DNA of 64,000 bases from an uncultured Microthrixaceae bacterium (GCA_963792205.1 CAWBVI010000004.1:1012640-1076639), one strand, 5' to 3'. Shown: positions 26,747 to 37,858, counted from the first letter of the stretch. Program-made: numbers and translations. The notes: generated by a model from the sequence alone, not told the origin.

Positions 26747-27541
26747 TTACGTGGGCTCCGGCGCATAGAGGTTCAGGTCACCGTCGCGGGCGAAGCCGGC
26801 GAGCTGGAGCCCCGCCACGCGGGCCGTCTCCACCGCGAGGGCCGACGGTGCGCTCACGGCGACCACCGCCGAGAACCCGGCCGCCCAGGCCTTCTGCACC
26901 ATCTCGAACGAGGCCCGGCCGCTGACGAACAGGCCCAGCTCGGTGGCCGGGAGGGCGTCGTCGAGCAGCAGGCGGCCGACGACCTTGTCGACCGCGTTGT
27001 GGCGACCGATGTCCTCCCGCACGACGAGCGGCGTGCCGTCCCGGTCGAAGGCGGCCGCCGCGTGCACCGCCCCGGTGGCCGTGAAGAGCTCCTGGTCGGC
27101 GGGGGCTTTGGCCGCGGCGAGGGCGAGGACATCGAGCGGGAACGACGTCGTCGCCGGCAGGGGCGCCAGGCGCTCGGCCAGCTCGGCGAGCGATGCCGTA
27201 CCGCAGAGCCCGCAGCTCGAGGTCGTGGCGGTCAGGCGGGGCGTCGGGGTCGGTGCTCGACCGCCGGTCTCCACCGACACGGCATTGAACTCCGTCTCCG
27301 TCGCCGACCCGGTGCCGCAGTAGCGGCAGCGCAGCACCGGCGCGCCCGCCAGCAGGCCGTCGGTGAAGCAGAAGCCGACCGCGAGCTCGAAGTCGTTGCC
27401 CGGGGTCCGCATCGTCGTGGCGACGAGCGTGCCGTCGAGGTCGATGGCCATCGGCTCTTCGACGATGAGCCGGTCCGGCACCCGCGACACCACACCGCCC
27501 CGCAACCGCTGGGTGAGCGTCGAGCTCGTGCGACCCGGCAC
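26747..27541 (-). CDS. fdhD: Formate dehydrogenase accessory sulfurtransferase FdhD
   Basis: VEEP, TMRTPG, SSCGLCG, TGAVHAA, REDIGRHNAVDK and SGRASFEMVQK. Confidence 0.95.
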   Translation of the reverse strand: MPGRTSSTLTQRLRGGVVSRVPDRLIVEEPMAIDLDGTLVATTMRTPGNDFELAVGFCFTDGLLAGAPVLRCRYCGTGSATETEFNAVSVETGGRAPTPTPRLTATTSSCGLCGTASLAELAERLAPLPATTSFPLDVLALAAAKAPADQELFTATGAVHAAAAFDRDGTPLVVREDIGRHNAVDKVVGRLLLDDALPATELGLFVSGRASFEMVQKAWAAGFSAVVAVSAPSALAVETARVAGLQLAGFARDGDLNLYAPEPT

Positions 27542-27652
27542 GCGGTGGAGGGTACCGCTCGAAAAGCAGGTCTTTGGCCCATGCCGATCGGCCCGATCGG
27601 GCCGATTGGACGCTGGGGACCACCACCGGCTCACGATCGCGGGAACCTACGA

Positions 27653-27684
27653 AGAAAGCCCGGCCCCTCGGGGCCGGGCTTTCT
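27653..27684 (-). terminator. Intrinsic terminator of groEL
   Basis: AGAAAGCCCGGCCCC-TC-GGGGCCGGGCTTTCT inverted repeat just after the groEL stop. Confidence 0.85.
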
Positions 27685-27707
27685 CGCGTTCGCGGGGGGA
27701 CGAGGAC

Positions 27708-29397
<1,690 letters not shown>

Positions 29398-29464
29398 CAG
29401 CAAACCACGAGGGCACCGCGAATCGCAACACGGGGCGGCGGGAATCTCGGGCCGCCGCCGCGGA

Positions 29465-29854
29465 TCAGGCCTGGGCGTGCTCCCGGGCGAGGAGGACGTG
29501 GTCGACGGCGGCCAGGACCGTCTCGGTGTCGACCGGCCGCACGAGCTGGACCTCCGCCCGCAGCAGCATCGCCTCAGCGGCCGCGGCCGGGTCGTCATCC
29601 GGGCACACGGCAACGATGCCGGGGTGCGGGCCCGGGACCTCGTCCCGGAGGGTGCGGAGCAGGGCAATGCCCTTGTAGCCCTCGCTCACGTCGAGGACGA
29701 CGACATCGGGGCGCCGGCTGCCGAGCAGGCCGGCCGCATCCCGGACCGAACCGGCGTCGACGACGACGTGGCCGGCCGCAGCCAGAGCGACCCCGAGCTG
29801 CGCCCGGAGGCGGATGTCCCCGTCCGCGACGAGCACCCGACCGGTCCCTGTCAT
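29465..29854 (-). CDS. Single-domain response regulator receiver (atypical)
   Basis: RVLVADGD, RPDVVVLDV and QLVRPV receiver-fold pattern. Confidence 0.75.
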   Translation of the reverse strand: MTGTGRVLVADGDIRLRAQLGVALAAAGHVVVDAGSVRDAAGLLGSRRPDVVVLDVSEGYKGIALLRTLRDEVPGPHPGIVAVCPDDDPAAAAEAMLLRAEVQLVRPVDTETVLAAVDHVLLAREHAQA

Positions 29855-29910
29855 ACCCAGAAGATCGACGCTTGCGGGACCCGCCTTGATGAGCCGATCG
29901 GCCCAGCTGC

Positions 29911-30186
29911 CTAGCCCCCGGCCACGGCCGGGACGATGGAAACGGTTTCGCCGTCGGGGACCGGGGTCTCGAGGCCGTCGAGGAAGCGGACGTCGTCGTC
30001 GGCGACGAAGACGTTGACGAAGCGGCGGAGCTTGCCGTCGTCGTCGAGGAGACGGTCCCGGAACCCGGGGTGGGCGGACTCGAGGCTCTCGAAGACCTCG
30101 CTCAGGGTGGCTCCGTCGACGTCGACCGAGGCGGCGCCACCGGTCAGCGTGCGCAGCGTCGTCGGCACCCGGATGGTCACGCTCAC
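29911..30186 (-). CDS. MoaD/ThiS/CysO-family ubiquitin-like sulfur carrier
   Basis: IRVPTTLR, LRRFVNVFV.DDDVRF and C-terminal PAVAGG. Confidence 0.93.
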   Translation of the reverse strand: MSVTIRVPTTLRTLTGGAASVDVDGATLSEVFESLESAHPGFRDRLLDDDGKLRRFVNVFVADDDVRFLDGLETPVPDGETVSIVPAVAGG

Positions 30187-30330
30187 GACAGGGTCTCCTC
30201 TCCCAGGGCGGCACCGAGGGCCGCCAGCGACGGATCGATGCTAACGGTGCGCCGCGAGCCGACCACCGGGGCGGCGCGGGTTCCCGCTCACGGTCCCGTT
30301 GCGGGCGGTTCGCCCTACCGTTCGAGATCG

Positions 30331-31227
30331 ATGGCCGGGGTCCGCACCTACCACCACGCCGCCTTCCCGCCGGAGGAACTCCTCGCGAGGAAGGGCGAGC
30401 AGCGGATCTCGCTGTGCCTCCCGGCGCGTGACGAGTCCGCCACGGTGGGGACGATCGTGGCCCGCGCCCGCCAAGCGCTGGTGGAGCGCGTCCCGCTGCT
30501 CGACGAGATCCTCGTCGTCGACGACCACTCGACCGACGGGACCGCCGCGGTGGCCAAGGCCGCCGGGGCCCGGGTGGTGGCCGCCGCCGACGTCGCGGCC
30601 GAACACGGGGCCGGGCCGGGCAAGGGCCGGGCGCTGTGGACGTCGGTCGTCGCCAGTGAGGGCGACCTGCTCGTCTGGTGCGACAGCGACCTGCGCGACT
30701 TCGACCCGGCCTTCGTCACCGGGCTGCTGGGCCCCCTGCTCACCGAGCCCGACGTGGACTTCGTGAAGGGCTTCTACGAACGTCCGGAGACCGGTGGCCA
30801 ACCCGGTGGTGGACGGGTGACCGAGCTGCTCGCCCGCCCCGCCCTCGCCCTGCTGCACCCCGGCCTGGCCTCGCTCGTGCAGCCGCTGTCCGGGGAGTAC
30901 GCCGCCCGCCGGACGCTGGTCGAGGCGCTGCCGTTCGTCGAGGGCTACGGCGTCGACGTCGGGCTGTTGCTCGACGCCCACGCTGCGGTCGGCTCCCGCG
31001 GCCTGGCCCAGGTCGATCTCGGGGCGCGGCTGCACCGCAACCGGAACCTGGCCGAGCTGTCGGTCCAGGCCACCGAGGTCCTCCACGCCATCCTCGACCG
31101 GGCCGGGGTCCAAGGCCTGCCCTCGTCGCTCGTGCTCGACCGCCCGGCGGCGGGCCCGGCCCGGGTCCAGGTGGGTGAGCTGCCCCCTGCGGTCGAGCTG
31201 GCCGCCTACGGTCGCCGCAGCGCCTGA
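30331..31227 (+). CDS. gpgS: Glucosyl-3-phosphoglycerate synthase
   Basis: LPARDE, VDDHSTD, GKGRALW, CDSD, VKGFYERP, GGRVTEL, QPLSGEYA and GYGVD. Confidence 0.9.
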   Translation: MAGVRTYHHAAFPPEELLARKGEQRISLCLPARDESATVGTIVARARQALVERVPLLDEILVVDDHSTDGTAAVAKAAGARVVAAADVAAEHGAGPGKGRALWTSVVASEGDLLVWCDSDLRDFDPAFVTGLLGPLLTEPDVDFVKGFYERPETGGQPGGGRVTELLARPALALLHPGLASLVQPLSGEYAARRTLVEALPFVEGYGVDVGLLLDAHAAVGSRGLAQVDLGARLHRNRNLAELSVQATEVLHAILDRAGVQGLPSSLVLDRPAAGPARVQVGELPPAVELAAYGRRSA

Positions 31228-31243
31228 CCGCTAGAACGGGGCG

Positions 31244-32023
31244 ATGGGCACCCCGGACCTGTTCTCCCTGACCGGCAAGGCGGCCGTCGTGACCGGCGGC
31301 ACGAGCGGCATCGGCCGCATGATCGCCGACGGGCTGGTCGACGCCGGCATGCGGGTCGTCATCGCCTCTCGCAAGGCCGAGGCGTGCGCGCAGGTCGCCG
31401 CCGAGCTCGGCCAGCGGGGCGAGGCGGTCGGCATCGCCGCCGACCTCTCCACCGAGGCCGGTTGCGCGGCCCTGGCCGCCGCGGTGGCCGAGCGCGAGGA
31501 CGCCGTCCACCTCCTGGTGAACAACGCCGGCGCCACGTGGGGGGCGCCCCTCCAGGACTATCCCGATGCCGCCTTCGACAAGCTCTGGGCGGTCAACGTC
31601 AAGGGCGTCTTCCACCTGACCCGGGCGCTCCTCCCCCAGCTCCGGGCCGCGGCCACCGACGACGACCCGGCTCGCGTGATCAACATCGGTTCCGTCGACG
31701 GCCTCCGGGTGCCGGTGATGGAGACCTACGCCTACTCCACCACCAAGGCCGCGGTGCACATGCTCACCCGGCACCTGGCCGCCAACCTCGCTCGCGAGCA
31801 CATCACCGTGAACGCCATCGCGCCCGGACCGTTCGACAGCCGGATGATGGCCTTCGCCCTCGACGACCCCGCCGTCCGCGAGTCGATCGCCCGGTCGGTG
31901 CCGCTCGGTCGCGTGGGTCATCCCGACGACCTGGCCGGCACGGTGATCTTCCTCGCTTCCCGCGCCGGGGCCTACCTCACCGGCGCCGTCATCCCCGTCG
32001 ACGGCGGCATCACCGGCAGCTGA
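31244..32023 (+). CDS. Short-chain dehydrogenase/reductase
   Basis: TGGTSGIG, NNAG, YSTTK and PVDGG. Confidence 0.92.
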   Translation: MGTPDLFSLTGKAAVVTGGTSGIGRMIADGLVDAGMRVVIASRKAEACAQVAAELGQRGEAVGIAADLSTEAGCAALAAAVAEREDAVHLLVNNAGATWGAPLQDYPDAAFDKLWAVNVKGVFHLTRALLPQLRAAATDDDPARVINIGSVDGLRVPVMETYAYSTTKAAVHMLTRHLAANLAREHITVNAIAPGPFDSRMMAFALDDPAVRESIARSVPLGRVGHPDDLAGTVIFLASRAGAYLTGAVIPVDGGITGS

Positions 32024-32029
32024 CGCCGT

Positions 32030-32512
32030 TCAGGCCGTGTCGACGACCAGGACGTCGCAGGAGGCGTGGTGCAGGACGGTGGAGGCCACGCTGCCGAGGA
32101 GGAAGCGCTGGGCGCCGACCAGGCCGACCGAGCCAACCACCAGCAGGTCCGCGTCGTGGAGGCGGGCGCTGTCGAGCAGGACCTCCGCCGGATCACCCTC
32201 GTCGCTCTGGACGACGACCGAGCCGGCACCGGCGTTCTGGGCCAGGGTCCGGGCGCGCTGAGCGACGGCCTCGGCCTGGCCCCGGTCGGTGAGGGCCCAG
32301 CGCAGGTCGGCGGGGGCCGCGCTCTGGCGCCACGCCGAGGCGCCGGCTTCGACGCCGGCGAGCTCCTCCATGGCGGTGCGCCGCGGGCCTTCGTAGGCCG
32401 TCACGACCACCATGCGGGCGTCGTCGGCGGCCGCCAGGGCGGCGGCCTGGGTCACCGCCCGCTCGGCGGTCGCCGAGCCGTCGGTGCCCACGACCAGGCA
32501 GGTATACGTCAT
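32030..32512 (-). CDS. Universal stress protein
   Basis: VVGTDGS, GDPAEVL, VVGSVG, LLGSVA and CDVLVV. Confidence 0.9.
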   Translation of the reverse strand: MTYTCLVVGTDGSATAERAVTQAAALAAADDARMVVVTAYEGPRRTAMEELAGVEAGASAWRQSAAPADLRWALTDRGQAEAVAQRARTLAQNAGAGSVVVQSDEGDPAEVLLDSARLHDADLLVVGSVGLVGAQRFLLGSVASTVLHHASCDVLVVDTA

Positions 32513-32590
32513 GGCGGGCTCCTCTGACGGTCTTGACCTGTCAGGTAGCCAGACCGGGTCGACCCCGGGCCGTGACGCAGGAGGTGGACG

Positions 32591-32959
32591 ATGATCGATC
32601 ACGTGTTGGTCGGGACCGACGGGTCGGTGACGGCCGCGCGAGCCGTCGACCGCGCCGTGGAGGTCGCCCGCGCCAGCGACGCCGAGCTGACCATCCTGTC
32701 GGTCGGCCCGGACGGCGAGCGGGTGGCCAAGGAGGCGGCCGCCCTCCACGAGGGCAACGGCGTGGTGATCCACGCCGTCGGGCTCGGCGGCGACCCGGCC
32801 ACGGTCCTGGTCGACGAAGCCGAGCGCGGCGGTTACGACCTGCTGGTGACCGGGAACAAGGGCCTCACCGGCCTCCGCCGCCTCGCCCCCGTCGGCCGCG
32901 TGCCGAGCAAGGTGGCCCACCACCTCCCCTGCAGCCTCCTGGTCGTGAAAACGACCTGA
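32591..32959 (+). CDS. Universal stress protein
   Basis: VGTDGS, GDPATVL, TGNKG and PCSLLVV; SD GGAGGT upstream. Confidence 0.9.
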   Translation: MIDHVLVGTDGSVTAARAVDRAVEVARASDAELTILSVGPDGERVAKEAAALHEGNGVVIHAVGLGGDPATVLVDEAERGGYDLLVTGNKGLTGLRRLAPVGRVPSKVAHHLPCSLLVVKTT

Positions 32960-32968
32960 GGGTGGACG

Positions 32969-34424
32969 TCAGCCCGCGAAGACGGGTGGGGTGCGGTCGG
33001 CCCAGGGGGCGGCGTCCTCCAGCTGGGCGGCCAGGCGCACGAGGACGTCTTCCCGGCCCGGTGCAGCCACGAACTGGACGCCGACCGGCAGGCCGCCGGC
33101 ACTCCAGTGCAGGGGCAGCGAGAGGGCGGGCTGGCCGGTCACGTTGAAGGGGGCGGTGAAGAGGACGAGGGTCGTCGAGAGGGCCATGCCCTCGAGCGGG
33201 TTGTCCGGCGAGCCGGCGAAGGCGCCCAGCGGCGTCGGCAGCACGGGCATCGTCGGCAGGACGAGCACGTCGTGGTCCTCCCACCACGCCACCACCCCGC
33301 GGGTCCAGGACTGCAGGCGGTCGAGGCGCGCCCAGGTAGTCCGCGGCGCTCACCGTCCGACCGAGCTCGGCGATGGCCGCCGTGCCCGGCTCCACGTCGC
33401 CTTCGACCAGGGGCTCACCGACCAGGGCCTCCAGGTGGTCCAGCTCCTGGGCCGTCCACGCCCCGAAGCAGGCGGTGAAGTTGGCCACCACGAGGTCGCT
33501 GTCCAAGCCGGCGGGCACCGAGGCCTCGACCTGGTGGCCGAGGTCCTCGAGCAGCTCCACGGCGCCGGACACCGCGGCGACACACTCCGGATCCGTGGCC
33601 GCCACGCCCGCAGGGTCCTCGCTCAGCCAGCCGATGCGCAGCGCGCCGGGGTCCGCGCCGACCTCGTCCGCGTACGGCCGGGCGGGCGGCGGCGCGGCAT
33701 AGGGGTCACCGGGCGCCGGCCCGGCGATGGCGTCGAGAGCCGTCGCGGTGTCCCGGACCGAGCGGCTCACGACGTTGCGCACGACCAACCCGGCCCAGGC
33801 CTCGTTCTCGGGGGCGTTGGTGTGCCGGGCCCGGGTCGGCTTCAGGCCGACGAGCCCGCACGCGCTCGCCGGGATGCGGATGGACCCGCCTCCGTCGCCG
33901 GCGTGGGCCATCGGTACGAGCCCGGCCGCCACCGCGGCGGCCGACCCGCCGCTCGACCCGCCGGGCGAGCGGTCGAGGTCCCACGGGTTGTGGGTCGCCC
34001 CGCGGGTGACCGGCTCGGTCGTCGGTTGCAGGCCGAGCTCGGGGCAGTTGGTCCGGCCGACGACGACCAGCCCCGAGGCCTTGTAGCGCCGGACCAGCTC
34101 GGCGTCGGCGTCGGGCACGTAGCCGTGCCGCTGGAGGTAGCGGGTGCCGCCGTGGTAGGGCTGGCCGGCCTCCATGCTGCCGTCGAGGTCCTTGAAGAGG
34201 AAGGGCACCCCGCGGAACGGCCCGTCGGGCAGCTCGCCCGCGGCGGCCGCCCGGGCCTCGTCGAACTGGCGGTGGACGAGAGCGTTGAGCTGCGGGTCGA
34301 CCGCCTCGATGCGCTCGATGGCCGCCTCGACCAGCTCGGCCGGCGTGGCCTCGCCCGAGCGCACGAGGTCGGCCTGGGCGGTGGCGTCGAGGCGGGCGAG
34401 CTCAGCAGACGACGGGCCGGTCAC
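32969..34424 (-). CDS. Amidase (amidase signature family); one frameshift near 33325
   Basis: GVPFLFKD, GGSSGGSAAAVAAG, DGGGSIRIPA; C-terminal frame FNVTGQPALSLP..GLPVGVQ. Confidence 0.88.
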
Positions 34425-34449
34425 GGCCGGAGACCGTACTCTTGCTCCC

Positions 34450-34650
34450 ATGGAAGAACGCGAGGCCGTCGAACGGTCCCGCAGCCCCTGGCCGATCGTC
34501 ATCGTGGGCGGCCTGGCGCTGTTCGGGGCGATCACCCTGGTGCAGTTCCTGCTGGGCCTGGCGTTCACGCTGGCGAAGCTGTTGATCGTCGTGGCGGTCG
34601 TGGCGGTCGTCGTCGTGTTCTTCCGCGGCCCGCCCGACGGGGGCCGCTAG
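34450..34650 (+). CDS. Small two-TM membrane protein
   Basis: 66 aa with two hydrophobic stretches; TACTCT 7 nt upstream of the ATG. Confidence 0.65.
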   Translation: MEEREAVERSRSPWPIVIVGGLALFGAITLVQFLLGLAFTLAKLLIVVAVVAVVVVFFRGPPDGGR

Positions 34651-35639
34651 CCGCCAGCCAGGTGGGTGGCCACGACCTCTTCGATGCACGCCAGCGTGTC
34701 GAGGCGGGAGCGTTCGCCACCGAAGCGGTCGGTGAGCGAGACCGCTTCGACCTCGAGCTCGGCCGGCAGCCCGACGAGCACGTCGCCCGCGACCACGAGC
34801 ACGGGAACCCCGAGAGCGCCCGCCAGCGAGCTCACCCCACCGACGACCTTGCCGTCGAAGGACTGGTCGTCGACGAAGCCCTCGCCGGTGACCACCAGGT
34901 CGCAGCCCTCGATGCGCTCGTCGAGGTGGACGGCGTCGGCCACCAGCTCGAAGCCCGATTCGAGGGTGGCCCCGACCGCGGCCAGCCCGCCGGCCAACCC
35001 CCCGGCGGCCCCGGACCCCTGGAGGTGGGTGACGTCGACCCCGTGCTCCTCGACGTAGATCTGGACGAGGCGTTCGAGCCGGCGGCGCAGGAGCTCGACC
35101 TGCGCCGGTGACGCGCCCTTCTGGGGCCCGTAGACCTCGGCCGCCTCGACGAACCGCAGCCGGACGTCACAGGCGACCCGCAGGTCGATCCCTCGGAGCC
35201 GCTGGCCGGGCTCCAAGGCGCGCAGCGCGCCCAAGCCCCCGTCGGTGGTGGCCGACCCGCCGACCCCGACGACGATCTCCCGGGCACCGCGCTCGACCGC
35301 GGCCGCGATCAGCTCGCCGGTCCCGTAGGTCGACGCGGCGACGGCGTCGTTGCCCTCGGGCCCGCCCACCAGCTCGAGGCCCGAGGCGGTGGCCATCTCG
35401 ATGACCGCCGTCCCGCGGTCGAGCCGCCAGGCGGCGTCGACCGGGTCGCCGAGCGGGCCCGAGACCGTGGTCGTCCGATTCGGTCCGCCGAAGGCGTCGA
35501 GGGTCCCCTCGCCGCCGTCGGCGAGCGGCGCCTCGTCACAGGTCGCGCCGGCCGCAGTGGCCGCCCGGGCGATGGCGGCCGCCACCTCGGGCGCGCGGGC
35601 GGTGCCCCGGAACTTGTCGGGCGCGGCCAGGACTCGCAC
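34647..35639 (-). CDS. Glycerate kinase (GlxK/GarK family)
   Basis: APDKFRGT, LADGGEGT, GGSATTDGG, YGPQKGA, GAAGG and TGEG. Confidence 0.93.
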   Translation of the reverse strand: MRVLAAPDKFRGTARAPEVAAAIARAATAAGATCDEAPLADGGEGTLDAFGGPNRTTTVSGPLGDPVDAAWRLDRGTAVIEMATASGLELVGGPEGNDAVAASTYGTGELIAAAVERGAREIVVGVGGSATTDGGLGALRALEPGQRLRGIDLRVACDVRLRFVEAAEVYGPQKGASPAQVELLRRRLERLVQIYVEEHGVDVTHLQGSGAAGGLAGGLAAVGATLESGFELVADAVHLDERIEGCDLVVTGEGFVDDQSFDGKVVGGVSSLAGALGVPVLVVAGDVLVGLPAELEVEAVSLTDRFGGERSRLDTLACIEEVVATHLAGG

Positions 35640-35656
35640 GCTCCTATGGTGCCGTC

Positions 35657-37051
35657 ATGGCCGTCGGACCCCTGTCGGGATCTGCCGGCCCGTTCGTCCT
35701 GGTGGCCAACCGGGGACCGGTCTCCTTCCGCCACGGCGACGAGGGTGAGCTCGTGGCCACCCGGGGTGCGGGGGGTCTCGTCTCGGGCATCGGCCCGCTG
35801 CTGGCCGGCAGCGAGGCGGTCTGGATCGCGGCGGCGATGTCGGATGCCGACCGGGAGGCTGCGGGCACGGGGATAACCGAGGTCGAGGGCTTCCGGTACC
35901 GGGCGCTGGCGATCGATCCCGAGACCTACCGCGCCTACTACGACGAGATCGCCAACACGACGCTCTGGTACCTCCATCACGGCCTGGGTGACCGCAGCCG
36001 ACACCCGGTGGCCGACCGGTCGTGGTGGGCGGCCTGGGCCGCCTACGAGCGGGTCAACGAGGCCTTCGCCGGCGCCATCGCCGACGTGGCCCCCGAAGGG
36101 GCGGTCGTCCTGGTCCAGGACCTCCACCTCAGCCGCGTCGCGCCCGCGCTGGCCGAGGCCCGTCCCGACCTCCGCCCGGTGCACTTCAGCCACACCCCGT
36201 TCGCCGGGCCCGACGAGCTGGCCGTGCTCCCCGACCGGGCCCGGACCAGCCTCCTCGAAGGCATGGCCGCCTACCGGTCGTGCGGCTTCCACACGGCGAG
36301 GTGGCGTGACGCCTTCCTCGCCTCGTGTGCCGCCGACGGGATCGCCCCGCCCGCCACCTTCGTCGCGCCGTTGGGTCCCGACCGCGACGACCTCGAGGCG
36401 GTGGCCACGTCCGCGGCGACGGCCTCGGCCCGAACCGAGCTCGAGGCCCAGGTGGGCCACCGTCGCCTCATCACCCGGGTCGACCGCATCGAGCTGTCGA
36501 AGAACCTGGTGCGGGGCTTCCTCGCCTACGAAGACCTGCTCGCCACCCGTCCCGAGTGGCGGGAGCGAGTGGTGTTCGCGGCCTTCGTCTACCCCTCGCG
36601 GCAAGGCGTCGCCGACTATGCCGCATACCGGCGCGAGGTGGATGCGGTGGTCACCCGCGTGAACGAGCGCTTCGCCACCCCCGACTGGACCCCCGTGCTC
36701 TACGACGACACCGACGACTTCCCCCGTTCGGTCGCCGCCCTCGCCCGGGCCGACGTGGTCCTGGTCAACCCGGTGCGGGACGGCCTCAACCTGGTGGCCA
36801 AGGAGGCGGCGTTGGTGAACGCCCGGGACGGCGTCCTCGTGCTCTCCCGGGAGGCCGGCGCCTGGGCCGAGCTGGCCGACGCCGTCGTGCCGTGCCACCC
36901 CTTCGACGTGGTCGACACCGCCGACGCCCTGCACCGGGCCCTGGCGCTCGACGGCGAGGACCGCCGCAGCCTCGCCGCCCGATGGCGGGAGCGGGCCGGG
37001 GCCCGGACCCCGGCCGACTGGCTGGCGGACAACCTGGCCGCCGCCGGCTGA
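35657..37051 (+). CDS. otsA: Trehalose-6-phosphate synthase (GT20)
   Basis: ANRGP, GGLVSG, LWYLHH, VQDLHL, HFSHTPF, VDRIELSK and RDGLNLVAKE. Confidence 0.92.
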   Translation: MAVGPLSGSAGPFVLVANRGPVSFRHGDEGELVATRGAGGLVSGIGPLLAGSEAVWIAAAMSDADREAAGTGITEVEGFRYRALAIDPETYRAYYDEIANTTLWYLHHGLGDRSRHPVADRSWWAAWAAYERVNEAFAGAIADVAPEGAVVLVQDLHLSRVAPALAEARPDLRPVHFSHTPFAGPDELAVLPDRARTSLLEGMAAYRSCGFHTARWRDAFLASCAADGIAPPATFVAPLGPDRDDLEAVATSAATASARTELEAQVGHRRLITRVDRIELSKNLVRGFLAYEDLLATRPEWRERVVFAAFVYPSRQGVADYAAYRREVDAVVTRVNERFATPDWTPVLYDDTDDFPRSVAALARADVVLVNPVRDGLNLVAKEAALVNARDGVLVLSREAGAWAELADAVVPCHPFDVVDTADALHRALALDGEDRRSLAARWRERAGARTPADWLADNLAAAG

Positions 37052-37059
37052 GCCGCTGA

Positions 37060-37824
37060 CTACTCGGCCAGCAGCCCCTCGAGCAGCGCGACCAGCCCAT
37101 CGGGTCCGACCACGACCGCGTTGGCCCGGTCGATCAGCTCCGCGGGCACCTCCGTGCTGTCCACCGCCACCCGGCAGGTGGCGACGCCGCGCCGCTCCAG
37201 CTCGTCGAGGGCGTCGAACCCGGGGAGGTCGCCGACGTCGTCGCCGGCGAAGGCCACGGCCGCGTAGCCGTCGGCCAGATCGAGGACCGCGGTGCCCTTG
37301 TCGACCTCGATCGGCGGGTGGAGCTCCCAGGACATGCGCGCCGGCCGGGCCTGCAACCCGGACCGATGAGCCTCCTCCGCCGCGTAGGCGGCGACGGCGG
37401 CCTCCAGCTGGGGGATCGTGCGGTAGTGCAGGGTGAGCGAGAGGCCCTTGCGCTCGACCGCCACGCCCGCCGGCGCCCGGGCCTCGGCCCGGCCGGCCAC
37501 GTCGTCGACGACCTCCCGCCAGTTGCCGGCCTGCGGGTGGTCTCGGCGGCGGGCGCCGACCACGACCTCCAACCCGTAGAGGCCGGCCAGCGCGAGGCCG
37601 GAGGGGAGGAGCGGGCTCAGGAAGTCGACGGGACGGCCCGAGATCACCGCGACCAGCCCGAGGTGGTCGCGCAACCGGGCCAGGAGGTCGGGCACGCCGT
37701 CGTGGGGCCGCGCTGCGGCCGCGTCCTCGACGATCGGCGACAGGGTGCCGTCGTAGTCGAGGACGAGGGCGGCACCCTTCGGATCGGCGCGGAAGGGTGC
37801 CAGGCGTTCGGTGAGGGTGGTCAC
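37060..37824 (-). CDS. otsB: Trehalose-6-phosphate phosphatase (HAD)
   Basis: LDYDGTLSPIV, ISGR, LHYR, DKG and FAGDDVGD. Confidence 0.92.
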   Translation of the reverse strand: MTTLTERLAPFRADPKGAALVLDYDGTLSPIVEDAAAARPHDGVPDLLARLRDHLGLVAVISGRPVDFLSPLLPSGLALAGLYGLEVVVGARRRDHPQAGNWREVVDDVAGRAEARAPAGVAVERKGLSLTLHYRTIPQLEAAVAAYAAEEAHRSGLQARPARMSWELHPPIEVDKGTAVLDLADGYAAVAFAGDDVGDLPGFDALDELERRGVATCRVAVDSTEVPAELIDRANAVVVGPDGLVALLEGLLAE

Positions 37825-37858
37825 GGGCCGGGCTGCACCGGGGCGCCGACCGGCGCGG

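Noticed and set aside
26464-26766. fdh as a nonsense pseudogene or two separate genes
   Set aside because: The TGA sits exactly at the Sec/Cys ligand position and is followed by a SECIS-like hairpin
30187-30330. SAM riboswitch upstream of the MoaD-like gene
   Set aside because: GC-rich hairpins are present, but I could not recognise a SAM-I/IV core by eye
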